Origin: Longimicrobiales bacterium
GTDB taxonomy: Bacteria; Gemmatimonadota; Gemmatimonadetes; Longimicrobiales; Gaopeijiaceae
Direction of reading: 5' to 3'
NCBI GenBank assembly: GCA_965219445.1
Contig: CBDCNQ010000003.1
Location: 288,001-352,000, forward strand
Length of the DNA stretch: 64,000 bases
Position 1 is the stretch's first letter; each line of letters starts with the position of its first letter. The notes beneath the pieces are model-generated. The model made no database searches. It had not been told where the DNA came from and saw only the letters and a list, made by a program, of their open reading frames with translations. The position numbers were made by a program, and so were the translations under genes. Below are positions 1 through 10,230 of the stretch, one piece after another.

Positions 1-876
1 GGGAAGGATCTGACCCCCGGTACTTGCAGCCGCTTCGATACCGCCGGCCTCCTCAGCGCGGTAGCCGACCTTCTTCATGAGGGGAATGGTGAACGCCCCG
101 CTGGTCACGACGTTGGCGATGGCGCTCCCCGACACGGATCCCAGTGCGGAAGACGCCAGAACCGCAGCTTTCGCGGGCCCTCCGCGCTGTCTTCCGGTAA
201 GCGCATACGCGAGATCGATAAAGAACTGGCCCGCGCCCGTGACCTCCAGGAGCGCCCCGAATAAGATGAAGACGAAAACGAACGAGGCGGCCACACCCAG
301 AGGGATCCCGTATATCCCCTCCTGACCCAGATAAAGCTGTCCCACGAGCCGTCCGGTGCTGTACCCTCCATGCCGAAGAACTCCCGGGAGGAACGGACCC
401 GCGTAACCGTAGCCGATGAAACAGGCCGCGATGAACGAAATAGGCCACCCCAACGCCCTGCGGCTCGCCTCGAGGAGCGTGACCACCGCTACCGTGCCTG
501 CGAGAACGTCGGTGCCGCTCGGGGCCCCTGCCCGGCTCACGATGGCGTCTAGGTTGAGCGTGAGATAGAGGGCTGCGAAGATGGAGCCAGCAATGAGAAC
601 GGTGTCCACCGTCCATGCCATGCCACTTGGGATTCTCGGCTCCCTACGACGCTTTGTCGAAAAGATGCGACCCTTCGTCGGAAACAGGAGAAAGGCCAAG
701 ACCTGAACAACCGCGAGATGGAACGCCCTCTCATAGAAGAGTCCGATGGGCCGGACGCCGGATATGTAGAGTTGGAATAACGAGAGGGCGATCGCAAGAA
801 CGACGAAGGTCGTTGCGGAAAAGGTAGGGAGACCCAGGTTCCTCCTCGGGATCGAGGGCTCACCAGTGGGGCTCAC
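1..876 (-). CDS. TRAP transporter fused 4TM/12TM permease (TAXI type), 5' part; runs off window edge
   Basis: Manual translation from GTG 876 gives ...GIYGIPLGVAASFVFVFILFGALLE...GGPAKAAVLASSALGSVSGSAIANVVTSGAFTIPLMKKVGY...EAAASTGGQILP; directly downstream of TAXI binding protein; absent from ORF track because it has no stop in the window. Confidence 0.9.
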   Translation of the reverse strand, partial: MSPTGEPSIPRRNLGLPTFSATTFVVLAIALSLFQLYISGVRPIGLFYERAFHLAVVQVLAFLLFPTKGRIFSTKRRREPRIPSGMAWTVDTVLIAGSIFAALYLTLNLDAIVSRAGAPSGTDVLAGTVAVVTLLEASRRALGWPISFIAACFIGYGYAGPFLPGVLRHGGYSTGRLVGQLYLGQEGIYGIPLGVAASFVFVFILFGALLEVTGAGQFFIDLAYALTGRQRGGPAKAAVLASSALGSVSGSAIANVVTSGAFTIPLMKKVGYRAEEAGGIEAAASTGGQILP

Positions 877-919
877 CGTTCTAGAGGCCTGTCGAGGAAG
901 TGGGGCGAGCCGTATCGCC

Positions 920-1924
920 TCACGGGGAATGGATCAGGTGATCGGGCACCTCGTATCCAGCTTCCTCAAAATAACGAACGGCGCCGGGATGGAGTGGTAT
1001 GGGAGAGACTCCCAGGGTGTACTCCGCCGAGATGTGGCTTGCCGCAGGATGCACGCCGGCCAACTCCGACCGTACCGCAAATAGCACGTGAACCAGATCG
1101 TAGACGAGTTCCTCCGACATGTCGGCGCGAACCACGAGGACGTTGGGCGTACTCAGCGTCTCCACCGCGCTTTCCTGGCCCGGGTAGGTACCCGGAAGGA
1201 AGGAATCTCGAATCACGGTCGGGTCCAGTACCAAAGTGTTCTCAACTTCAGTCACCCCGATGGGGACGAGTCGCACGGGCCGCGCCGTAGCCAAGTCCAC
1301 GATTGCACTTGTGGGAGCGCCGGCACTCACGAATCCGGCGTCTATGTTTCCGTCTCTGAGCGCAGACGCGGTCTCGTTGAAGTTGAGACGCTGGGGCTGG
1401 AAATCGTCATAGCCGATGCCGTTCCCCTCCAGTAGGGTTCGGGCGGCCACTTCGGTCCCGCTCCCCGGTGCTCCTACGGAGACTCGTCGGCCCACGAGGT
1501 CAACCAGGCTCTCCACTCCGGTTCCGTCCACGGTGACCAGGTGAAGGACGTTTGGGTAGAGCGTCGTGAGAGCGAGAACCTGCGCCGGCTCCCTCTCTGA
1601 GAAAGATCCCGTCCCGTAAAACACCTCGTGTGCGCTCGTACCCATGGAGAAGGCAACCTCGACATCGCCGCCCAGGAGTAGGCTGAGGTTCTCGACCGAG
1701 CCGCCCGTGACCTCGGCCACGAAATCTTGCTCGGGCAACTCACGGCTCCAGAGCTCCGCAATCGATCCCCCCAGCACATAGTAGACACCCCCGGTGCCTG
1801 CCGTGGCTAGGGCGAGGACGTCGGGACGATCCCCCGGGGCGCATCCGGATGAAGTCAGGCCGCCAAGGAGAAGGAGGATCGACGGGACGAATGACATCCC
1901 TTCCCATCTACGAATCATCTTCAT
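920..1924 (-). CDS. TAXI family TRAP solute-binding lipoprotein
   Basis: ATAGTGGVYY, TGGSVEN, GAPGSGTE, PLHPGA motifs; lipobox-like SSGC. Confidence 0.92.
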   Translation of the reverse strand: MKMIRRWEGMSFVPSILLLLGGLTSSGCAPGDRPDVLALATAGTGGVYYVLGGSIAELWSRELPEQDFVAEVTGGSVENLSLLLGGDVEVAFSMGTSAHEVFYGTGSFSEREPAQVLALTTLYPNVLHLVTVDGTGVESLVDLVGRRVSVGAPGSGTEVAARTLLEGNGIGYDDFQPQRLNFNETASALRDGNIDAGFVSAGAPTSAIVDLATARPVRLVPIGVTEVENTLVLDPTVIRDSFLPGTYPGQESAVETLSTPNVLVVRADMSEELVYDLVHVLFAVRSELAGVHPAASHISAEYTLGVSPIPLHPGAVRYFEEAGYEVPDHLIHSP

Positions 1925-2742
1925 CCTCTTGGTCTATCAACTGGGAATGGGCACAGCGGTCGACTCAGCGGTGACTGAATCTTGAGAAGTATCGGCTGTC
2001 AGAGACCGTAGCGCGAGGTGCCTTCGGAACCGCTAGGCACGGCAGCAACGTATGAGCGAGGTGACAGCAGGGCAAGGAACTTGAGAGGAAGAACTCACGC
2101 TTCCGGAGACCGTCACTTCCCTCCCCCGACAGCGATGGGCACGCCAGAACACGGAAGAGCCAGCAAGGCTTTGCAACTGTACCGCTGCGTGAAAAATTCT
2201 GTGCTGAGATTCTGTGTTTACGTGACATTGAGGCAGGAACGTCCCACTCCGAAGTTTTGTAAACTATGCGTCTTGCCCCAATGTCTGTCTTGATCCAGGA
2301 TGACGTTTGGATTACTTCATTCGTCACCTCTTCCGTCATCCCCTCCGTTTGAGCGACTCAGTGAAATGACCAAGCTTACGACACGATGCGCGGCCCTGCC
2401 CTCGGCGATCGTTCTTCTCCCGTCGGGGTGCGGCAGTTGCACCCCTTGAGGACCGGCTTCGTCGCAGCCGGGGTGCTCGCTTTCCTCACCGCGGCAATCT
2501 TCTCCGACCTCTTCCGCATCGAGCCGATGCCCCCAGTCTTCGACGGCGCCCCCCCCCCCCTCCCGTCGGGGGGGAGGAGATTCGAATTCCACTCTTCAAC
2601 CGCTCGCGTTAGAATCCCGGCGATTCTAGATGCTCAGTTACCCACATTCGCAGACCCCCCTTCCGGAGGCGGGGTCTACGTGTCGCCAGGCCTTCTCGCA
2701 CCTCGCACCCTGATCGCCGATGCTTCCCGACGCGCCATCTCG

Positions 2743-5511
2743 GTGAACGCAGCCGGCGTTTTTCGCCTCCTACTCCTGTCTCTCCTGATCCCCGGAGGCG
2801 CATCCGCCGAGGACACGGAAGCCGGCGGGCGTGACCAAGTCCTGCCGCTCCACCGACAGGAGACACGGCAGGAACCCCAGAGTGAGCGGGACTCGCACAC
2901 GACCTCCGCCCCGCAGACCGTGGCCGTCCGGCTCACCAGTTCAATGCGTATGGACGGCATGCCGGACGAGGAGGCGTGGGCCTCGGCGCCCCCCGTTACC
3001 GAGTACTGGCAGACGCAGCCTGTCGAAGGAGAGCCTGCCTCGCAGCGCATGGAGGCGCGTTTCCTTTATGACGACGACGCGCTCTACGTGGGTGCGATGC
3101 TCTACACTAACGGCCCTGTCGCGGCCCGCCTCAAGAGACGCGACTCGAACTTTGCGGACACCGACCTCTTTGCGGTCTTCATCGACGGCTACCACGATCA
3201 TCAGTTGGCATACCGCTTCGTCGTCAACGCCGCGGGAGTGAGGAAGGATTCCCGTGCCAACCCGGACGGGTCGAACGGTGACACGTCCTGGGATCCGGTG
3301 TGGGAGGCGACCACCCAGGTCAGCGACGAGGGCTGGTCGGCAGAGATGCGGATCCCGTTCAGCCAGCTCCGCTTCAGCCCGGCCGACCGCCAGGTCTGGG
3401 GCATTCAGATCGAACGCCGGGACCGCTTTACCAACGAGTGGTCGTATTCGGCTTTCACGCCGCTCCTGGAGCGGGGTGGCGTAGCCCGATACGGGCACCT
3501 CGTGGGTATCGAGGGCATCGAGCCGACGCGTCCGTTGGAGCTGCTCCCCTACGTCACGGGGCGCGCCGAGAGGGTCCATGTTCCCGCGAGCACCGGCGCC
3601 GATTTCGACAACCCCTTCCGGTCGGGTTCCGACTACTACGGCGGCGCCGGCCTCGACCTCAAGTACCGGATGAGCACGAACCTGACGCTCGACGCCGCGA
3701 TCAACCCCGACTTTGGGCAAGTCGAGGTCGACCCCGCCATCATCAACCTCACGGCCTTCGAGACCCGCTACCAGGAGCGACGACCGTTCTTCGTCGAGGG
3801 ACAGGAGCTCTTCACCTTCCAGGAAGGAGGACCCGCGGGCAGCACGGGTCGGGTGCCCCAGCTCGTGTACTCACGGCGGATCGGCCGCCCCCCGCAGGGC
3901 AGAGTCCCTTCGGAGGCCGTTTTCGCCGCCTCGCCCACGGCGGCCACGATCCTCGGTGCCGCAAAGCTGACGGGCCGCACCGACAGCGGGTGGTCGCTGG
4001 GCCTGCTCGAGGCCGTCACTGAGCGTGAAGTCACACCCTGGCTCGACGCGGCGGGCGCCCCGTCCGAAACCGTCGTCGAGCCGGCGACGAACTACCTGGT
4101 GGGGCGCCTACGTCGGGACCTGAGGGCCGGGGAGATCCGGATCGGTGTCCTCGGCAGCGCCGTGAACCGGAGCTTGGAAGGTTCGTCAATTGGGCTCCCT
4201 TCGGCCGCATACACCGGTGGGTTCGACTTCACCAACGAGTGGGCGGACCGGAGCTGGAGGTTCAGCGCCGCGTTCGCGGGAAGTCACCTGCGGGGCTCGG
4301 AAGAGGCGATGATCGCTACCCAGCGTTCCTCGTCCCGTTACTTCCAGCGTCCGGACATGGACTACTTGAGCATCGACACGACGGCCACGTCGCTGAGTGG
4401 CTACTACGCGATGGCCGACCTGACGAAGCAGGCCGGCAGCGTCCAGATGAGGCTTGCCGGGGCAGCGATCAGCCCTGGCTACGAGGTCAACGATCTCGGC
4501 TTCCAGAGTCGGGCGGACCGCTTCATCATCGATACCCAACTCAAGTATCGGGAGACCGTCCCCGGACGGATCTTTCGGAGCTGGGAGGTCCGAGGCGGGC
4601 CAGACGCGATCTGGAACTACGGAGGCGACCGCGTCTTTGCCCAGTTCAACGTCTTGACGGCCTGGGTCCTCACGAACTATTGGTCGGGGAGCACCCAGAT
4701 GCGCTACGACCCCAGGACGGATAACGACCGACTCACCCGGGGCGGTCCCCTCGCCATCAATCCCGAAAAATTTTCGGCTCGCATCAACATCCAGACGGAC
4801 CGAACCAAGCCTTATGTCGTCACGGCTTCGTACGACTGGAATCGCGACGACGCCGGCTCGTGGCGCAAGGCCGGGGACCTTAATCTCCATGTCGCCGTCC
4901 AGAGTAATTGGGAGGTCAGCTTCGGGCCTAGTATCTCTAAGGAGCGCGTGGCGGCGCATTACGTGACGGCCGTTTCGGACCCGCTCGCGACCGAGACGTT
5001 CGGCCAGCGCTACATCTTCGCGAACCTCAACCAGATCACCGTTTCCCTCGACACCCGCTTCAACATCACCTTCACGCCCAACCTCTCCTTCGAACTCTAC
5101 GCCCAGCCTTTCGTCTCGACCGGTAACTACGGCGCCCTCAAGGAGTTCCGAGCTCCCGGCACCTTCGACTTCCTCCGTTACGGCACCGACAAAGGAACAC
5201 TCACCAACCAGGGCGACGGTACCTTCCTGGTCGACCCCGACGCAGCCGGTCCTGCCGCCGGATTTAGCGTGGACAACCGAGACTTCACCTATCGTAGCCT
5301 ACTCGGCAACGCTGTGCTGCGCTGGGAGTGGCGACCCGGCTCGACCCTCTACCTCGTGTGGCAGCAGAGCCGCGTACAGGACCTCGAGGCGTCCGACCCC
5401 ACCCTGTCCCGCATCGGGGAGTCCAGGATCGGCCATGATACCGCCGAGATCTTCAGGATCCAGCCCGACAACATCTTCCAGCTCAAGATCAGCTACTGGC
5501 TCAACCCCTGA
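2743..5511 (+). CDS. DUF5916 / CBM9-like domain outer-membrane protein
   Basis: DG.PDE..W, WSAEMRIPFSQLRF, NPDFGQVEVD, ERRPFFVEG, YSRRIG motifs; C-terminal KISYWLNP; signal peptide follows GTG 2743 (ORF is open from 2386). Confidence 0.85.
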   Translation: MNAAGVFRLLLLSLLIPGGASAEDTEAGGRDQVLPLHRQETRQEPQSERDSHTTSAPQTVAVRLTSSMRMDGMPDEEAWASAPPVTEYWQTQPVEGEPASQRMEARFLYDDDALYVGAMLYTNGPVAARLKRRDSNFADTDLFAVFIDGYHDHQLAYRFVVNAAGVRKDSRANPDGSNGDTSWDPVWEATTQVSDEGWSAEMRIPFSQLRFSPADRQVWGIQIERRDRFTNEWSYSAFTPLLERGGVARYGHLVGIEGIEPTRPLELLPYVTGRAERVHVPASTGADFDNPFRSGSDYYGGAGLDLKYRMSTNLTLDAAINPDFGQVEVDPAIINLTAFETRYQERRPFFVEGQELFTFQEGGPAGSTGRVPQLVYSRRIGRPPQGRVPSEAVFAASPTAATILGAAKLTGRTDSGWSLGLLEAVTEREVTPWLDAAGAPSETVVEPATNYLVGRLRRDLRAGEIRIGVLGSAVNRSLEGSSIGLPSAAYTGGFDFTNEWADRSWRFSAAFAGSHLRGSEEAMIATQRSSSRYFQRPDMDYLSIDTTATSLSGYYAMADLTKQAGSVQMRLAGAAISPGYEVNDLGFQSRADRFIIDTQLKYRETVPGRIFRSWEVRGGPDAIWNYGGDRVFAQFNVLTAWVLTNYWSGSTQMRYDPRTDNDRLTRGGPLAINPEKFSARINIQTDRTKPYVVTASYDWNRDDAGSWRKAGDLNLHVAVQSNWEVSFGPSISKERVAAHYVTAVSDPLATETFGQRYIFANLNQITVSLDTRFNITFTPNLSFELYAQPFVSTGNYGALKEFRAPGTFDFLRYGTDKGTLTNQGDGTFLVDPDAAGPAAGFSVDNRDFTYRSLLGNAVLRWEWRPGSTLYLVWQQSRVQDLEASDPTLSRIGESRIGHDTAEIFRIQPDNIFQLKISYWLNP

Positions 5512-5529
5512 GCTCCAGGGTCGAAAAGG

Positions 5530-6633
5530 CTACTCGCCTCCGCCGCCGGCAGCGGTCGCCCTCGACGGATTCAGAATCAGCTTCTGCACCCGTGAGTTTG
5601 AGCTCTCCGCCACAAAGAGGACGTCTTCCGAGGGGCAGGCGAGTCCGTGAGCCCCGGAGAACTCTCCAAGATTCCGCCCAGAGTTGCCGATGACCCCGAG
5701 CACCTCGCCCTGGAGCGTCGCCTTGATGATCCGTCCGGGGAACGTGGTCTCGCCCACGTAGATGACGTCGCTTCCAGGCGGGATGCAGAGCGAGTTCGGC
5801 GCGCCGTTTGCGCTCACGTTCGTGAGGTCCGTCGGGGTAGCACCGTTCACCGCCTTGGAGCCGGGGGCGATCGGCGTGGCCACGCTGAAGATCCGCTGCA
5901 GGTTGCCGTCCGTGTCGAAGACCTGAATCCGAGCGTTCGAGCGATCGCCGACGTAGACGTTGTCGTCCCGGTCGATCGCGATGCTGTGCGGGGTGCGTAA
6001 CTGGCCCGGCCCCGTGCCGGGCTCACCAAAAGACATCACCCAATCGCCGTTCATGTCGTATTTGGCGACTCGGGAGTTGATGTATCCGTCGGAGATGTAG
6101 ATGTTGCCTCGCGAGTCGAAAGCCACGTCCGTGGGCTCTCGGAAACGCCCCTCTTGAGGGGGAAGCGGGGGATTTTGACGCTCGATCGGGCGAGCATTCT
6201 CGGAGCTCGACTCCGCCTTGCGGCCGAAAACCCAGACGACCCGGCCTTCGGGGTTCATACGGACGACCATGTTCGAGCCCTTGTCCACCGTCCATATGTT
6301 GTCGTTCGCATCGATCCTGAGCCCGTGCGCGAACGCCCATGCGTAGAGCCCCCTGCCGTGCTCTCGGATGAATTCGCCCGACGGGCTGAACTCGAACAGC
6401 TGGGCCGCGTGAATGCTGTACGCAGGACCACCTCCGGTTGGATTGGAGCGGCTGAACACGAAGATGTGACCCTGAGAGTTGACGGCCACGGCCGGTACCT
6501 CACCGAAGTTCACTCCAGTGGGTAGCCGGAAGAAGTCCGGCACGGATTCCAAGGGAATCTGGGATACGTTTTGCGCGTTTGCCGGCGATACAACCACGAT
6601 CAGGGCCACCAGCGCGGTAACGAGCTTCTTCAT
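5530..6633 (-). CDS. Secreted NHL-repeat beta-propeller (peptidylglycine alpha-amidating lyase-like)
   Basis: Signal peptide; AHGLRID, PTDVAFD..GNIYISDGY.NSRV, PHSIAID repeats. Confidence 0.85.
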   Translation of the reverse strand: MKKLVTALVALIVVVSPANAQNVSQIPLESVPDFFRLPTGVNFGEVPAVAVNSQGHIFVFSRSNPTGGGPAYSIHAAQLFEFSPSGEFIREHGRGLYAWAFAHGLRIDANDNIWTVDKGSNMVVRMNPEGRVVWVFGRKAESSSENARPIERQNPPLPPQEGRFREPTDVAFDSRGNIYISDGYINSRVAKYDMNGDWVMSFGEPGTGPGQLRTPHSIAIDRDDNVYVGDRSNARIQVFDTDGNLQRIFSVATPIAPGSKAVNGATPTDLTNVSANGAPNSLCIPPGSDVIYVGETTFPGRIIKATLQGEVLGVIGNSGRNLGEFSGAHGLACPSEDVLFVAESSNSRVQKLILNPSRATAAGGGGE

Positions 6634-6900
6634 TGCTGTTCTCCCGGCGTGTCACTGACATGAAGATCCTACAGCAGGCCGGCGAGCGTACTCGCCGCGG
6701 CCACCCCCTGTCAAGCTCGCCGCCGCCGGTCTGGCCCGGCCATCCCCGAACCCGGAAAACCACCTTTTCCGATCAGTCCCTCTGGGGCGGCATGAGGTCG
6801 CTCATTCCCGACTCGGCGGCGCGTGCCAACTCGCGTCGGCGCACGTATGTTCCCATCCGATTTCACGGGTATTTGCTGGCCGCGAAAAGGAGATGGCGCG

Positions 6901-7866
6901 ATGAGCAGATCGACCGACGCTTCGTTCCCGCAGACGTGCGACCGGATTCCACGGGCCCGAAGAAGCTGGTGCGTCGCCTCATGGACCGCGCTTCTCCTGC
7001 TTCCGCGGGCTGTGCAGGCACAAGAGGGAGTCCACCTGAACCCGGTGATCGCCAGGCTCGAGGCGGGAGAGACAGTGTACGGCCTCAGCACGCAGGACCT
7101 TTCCCTCTCTTACGCGCGCCAGGTCGCGCGGGCACCGGCAGACTTCATATATGTGGACATGGAGCACAGTCCTATGGATTTTCCTGCCTTGAGGATGTTC
7201 CTCCTGGCGATGGCCGATAAGCAGATGGTCCTCAGGAAGGGGAACGTGCAGCCCAACGTCAGTCTCTTTGCGCGCTTCGCGCCGCCGCCCCACGAATCCG
7301 AATGGGTCGTGAAGCAGGCTTTGGACCTCGGGCTGTACGGAATCATCTTCAACGGCGTGGACATTCCGGAGCAGGCAGCGTTCGCGGTCAGCACCATGCG
7401 TTATCCCCAGCTTCGGGATTCGCGTTATCCCGAGCCGAAGGGGATCCGGGGCTCCTCCGCGGGTAACGCGGCGTGGGCGTGGGGGGTGAGCTCGCAAGAG
7501 TATTTTCGGCGAGCCGACCTGTGGCCGCTCAATCCCGACGGGGACCTACTGGCCGTGATGATGATCGAGTCGGTCGAAGGCCTGCAGAATCTCGATGCGA
7601 TCGCTTCCACTCCGGGCGTCGGGGCTCTTTTCCCGGGCGCCGGCGGCGACCTGAGTCGCTCCCTGGGTGTCACTCAAGGGTCGCCCGAGCTCGAGGAAGC
7701 CTTCCAACAGATCCTTGCGGCCTGCAACAGACACGACGTAGCCTGCGCCATCTCGGCGAACACGGGTGAGGATGTCGCAAGGCGGGTACGGGAGGGCTGG
7801 CAGATCATCCGCACCTCGGTCACGGCGGCGAATGAGGGCCGCGCGATCCTCGGCGACGGTCTCTAG
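6901..7866 (+). CDS. HpcH/HpaI aldolase family protein with apparent signal peptide
   Basis: DMEH, KQALDLG, RYP...GIRG, MIES, GDLS motifs; N-terminal LLLLPRAVQA; start uncertain (6823 or 6901). Confidence 0.8.
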   Translation: MSRSTDASFPQTCDRIPRARRSWCVASWTALLLLPRAVQAQEGVHLNPVIARLEAGETVYGLSTQDLSLSYARQVARAPADFIYVDMEHSPMDFPALRMFLLAMADKQMVLRKGNVQPNVSLFARFAPPPHESEWVVKQALDLGLYGIIFNGVDIPEQAAFAVSTMRYPQLRDSRYPEPKGIRGSSAGNAAWAWGVSSQEYFRRADLWPLNPDGDLLAVMMIESVEGLQNLDAIASTPGVGALFPGAGGDLSRSLGVTQGSPELEEAFQQILAACNRHDVACAISANTGEDVARRVREGWQIIRTSVTAANEGRAILGDGL

Positions 7867-7893
7867 CCCTGAGGATCGAGACAAGCGCCATTC

Positions 7894-7985
7894 ATCGCAC
7901 CGGCCTCCGCGAATCGCACCGGCCTCCATTGAAGCATTCGCAGCAAGACGATACCGGCCCACAGACAGATACCGGCCCACAGACA
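7894..7985 (+). repeat. Two pairs of direct repeats upstream of the POT transporter
   Basis: ATCGCACCGGCCTCC at 7894 and 7913; GATACCGGCCCACAGACA tandem at 7950 and 7968. Confidence 0.85.
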
Positions 7986-7990
7986 TTGGA

Positions 7991-9514
7991 GTGGTTTTGA
8001 GTACGACTTCCGAGTACGCGACAACTCTGACTCAAGGGTCGGGCGGAAAAACGTTTTTCGGACAGCCGAGAGGGCTTTCCACCCTGTTCTTCACCGAGAT
8101 GTGGGAGCGCTTCTCGTACTACGGAATGCGGGCGCTCCTGATCCTTTTCATGACGGCGGCCTCGACCGGCGAGAATCCCGGCCTCGGTCTCGACGTGGGT
8201 ACGGCGGCGGCCATCTACGGGTTATACACGGGCCTCGTCTACTTGATGTCCCTGCCTGGCGGCTGGGTGGCCGACAACTTATGGGGGCAACGTAAGGCCG
8301 TATACGTCGGTGGATGGATCATCGCGGCGGGCCACTTCAGCATGGCCGTTCCGACGACCATGACCTTCTATGCCGGCCTGGTGCTCATCGTTCTGGGGAC
8401 TGGCCTCCTGAAGCCCAATGTCAGCACGGTCGTCGGAGATCTCTACCCCGAAGGCGGAGCGGCTCGCGACGCCGGGTTCTCGATCTTCTACATGGGGATC
8501 AACCTAGGCGCGCTCGTCGGCCCCCTCCTGTGCTCATTTCTCGGTGAGGGCTACAACTGGCACTGGGGATTTTCCGCCGCCGGATTCGGCATGGTATTGG
8601 GGCTCATCCAGTACAAGCTTGGTTCGGGCCTGCTGGGCGACGCCGGACACCTCAAGACCAACGACACCGAGGCCGAGCTCGCCGCGAAGACCCGGAAGTT
8701 CTTCGGTGGATTTTTCGCGATCGCCGCCACGATCGCGTTTTTCGGCTGGCTCGTCGCTCAAGGGATCATACCACTGACGCTGACGCAGATCGCTACTGTG
8801 CTCGGCAGCAGCATCCTGATCATCGTGGGACTCTACTTCGCGTACATCCTCACCCTGGGCGGCCATACCGGCGACGAGAAGAAGCGTTTGATCGTCATCC
8901 TCTGGCTCTTCATTCTCGCTGCGATCTTCTGGTCCGGCTTCGAGCAGGCCGGCTCGTCACTGAACTTGTTCGCGCAGGATCTCACGGACCGAAATATCTT
9001 CGGCTGGCTCATGCCGGCGGGTTTCCTCCAATCCGTGAACGCGGGCTTCATCATCATCTTCGCCCCTGTTTTCGCATCCCTTTGGGTGTGGCTCTCATCC
9101 CGAAACGCGAACCCGTCGATTCCGCTAAAGTTCGCCTTTGGCCTGCTCGGCCTCGCGGCAGGATTCTTCGTCATCGCTTGGGGAGCGTCGAACGCCACGG
9201 CCACGAACCCGGTCTCTCCAGCCTGGTTGATCGTGATGTACTTCCTCCACACCATGGGAGAACTCGCCCTGTCGCCAGTAGGCCTGTCGTCCATTACCAA
9301 GTTGGCCCCCGAGGGTCGAGTGGGTCAGATGATGGGCATCTGGTTCGTCGCGACCGCCCTGGGGACCCTGGTCGCAGGACTCGTCGCGGGCAGCCTGGAA
9401 ACCCTCGCTCCCTTCGCCCTCTTCCGTACAGTCGCGATGCTCCTCGCGGCGACCGGCATTGTCGCGTTACTCTTGAGCCCAAGGGTGAATAAGCTGATGG
9501 TTCACGTGGAGTAG
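7991..9514 (+). CDS. POT/PTR family proton-dependent oligopeptide transporter
   Basis: FFTEMWERFSYYGMR (ExxERFxYY), GTGLLKPN, FYMGINLG, GELALSPVGLS; start approximate. Confidence 0.93.
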   Translation: MVLSTTSEYATTLTQGSGGKTFFGQPRGLSTLFFTEMWERFSYYGMRALLILFMTAASTGENPGLGLDVGTAAAIYGLYTGLVYLMSLPGGWVADNLWGQRKAVYVGGWIIAAGHFSMAVPTTMTFYAGLVLIVLGTGLLKPNVSTVVGDLYPEGGAARDAGFSIFYMGINLGALVGPLLCSFLGEGYNWHWGFSAAGFGMVLGLIQYKLGSGLLGDAGHLKTNDTEAELAAKTRKFFGGFFAIAATIAFFGWLVAQGIIPLTLTQIATVLGSSILIIVGLYFAYILTLGGHTGDEKKRLIVILWLFILAAIFWSGFEQAGSSLNLFAQDLTDRNIFGWLMPAGFLQSVNAGFIIIFAPVFASLWVWLSSRNANPSIPLKFAFGLLGLAAGFFVIAWGASNATATNPVSPAWLIVMYFLHTMGELALSPVGLSSITKLAPEGRVGQMMGIWFVATALGTLVAGLVAGSLETLAPFALFRTVAMLLAATGIVALLLSPRVNKLMVHVE

Positions 9515-9523
9515 CAGCGGCCG

Positions 9524-10153
9524 GTGAGTGAGTCGCGCTACCCGATTCCCGCCCAGATTCATCGAGTCGAAGAGACGATCAAGCGAAGCCGGTTCATCAC
9601 GACCCTGTCACACGCTCCGGGATCGCCCGTGGCTCATGAGTTCGTGAAGAAGATCAAAGAGGAGTTCCCCGACGCCACCCATAACTGCTGGGCATTTGCA
9701 GCAGGCCCACCGGGATCGACTTCTCAGGTCGGGCTCAGCGACGATGGCGAACCGCACAATACAGCGGGCAAACCCATGCTCAACGTGCTTCTCCACGGCG
9801 GAGTCGGTGAGATCGTGGCCGTGTGCACCCGATATTACGGGGGCGTAAAGCTGGGTACGGGCGGGCTGAGCCGGGCGTATTCGTCGGGAGTGAAGCTGGC
9901 GCTGGACGCCCTTCCCACCGAGCCCAAGATCGACAGGGTTCCCGTCACAATCGTGATCGGATACCAAAACGTCACCGAACTCCACCGCATCATTGCCGAG
10001 ATGGAGGTCGTCTTGGAGGCCGAGGAATATGGTGAACTGGTGCAGTTCCGGTGCGCCGTCCCGACCGTTACGTTCGAAGCGTTCGCCGCGGCCGTGGCCG
10101 ATGGCACCGGTGGGACGGGATCGGTGACGAAGCGATCGGGAAGCTCAGCCTAG
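9524..10153 (+). CDS. yigZ: YigZ / IMPACT family protein
   Basis: IKRSRFI, ATHNCWA, SDDGEP..TAGKP, RYYGGVKLGTGGL.RAY. Confidence 0.92.
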   Translation: MSESRYPIPAQIHRVEETIKRSRFITTLSHAPGSPVAHEFVKKIKEEFPDATHNCWAFAAGPPGSTSQVGLSDDGEPHNTAGKPMLNVLLHGGVGEIVAVCTRYYGGVKLGTGGLSRAYSSGVKLALDALPTEPKIDRVPVTIVIGYQNVTELHRIIAEMEVVLEAEEYGELVQFRCAVPTVTFEAFAAAVADGTGGTGSVTKRSGSSA

Positions 10154-10230
10154 TGTCTTTGGCTGGACATACACCTCTTCCACGGTAGATTCGACGTTCC
10201 CGAAAGTAGGACCCACCATAAGGATGGCAC

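Noticed and set aside
2130..2190. Cobalamin-riboswitch-like words (AGCCAG, GCAACTGT)
   Set aside because: Wrong order, and no GGGAA/GCCACTG elements
7894..7985. CRISPR-like array
   Set aside because: Only two copies of each repeat and no spacers or cas genes
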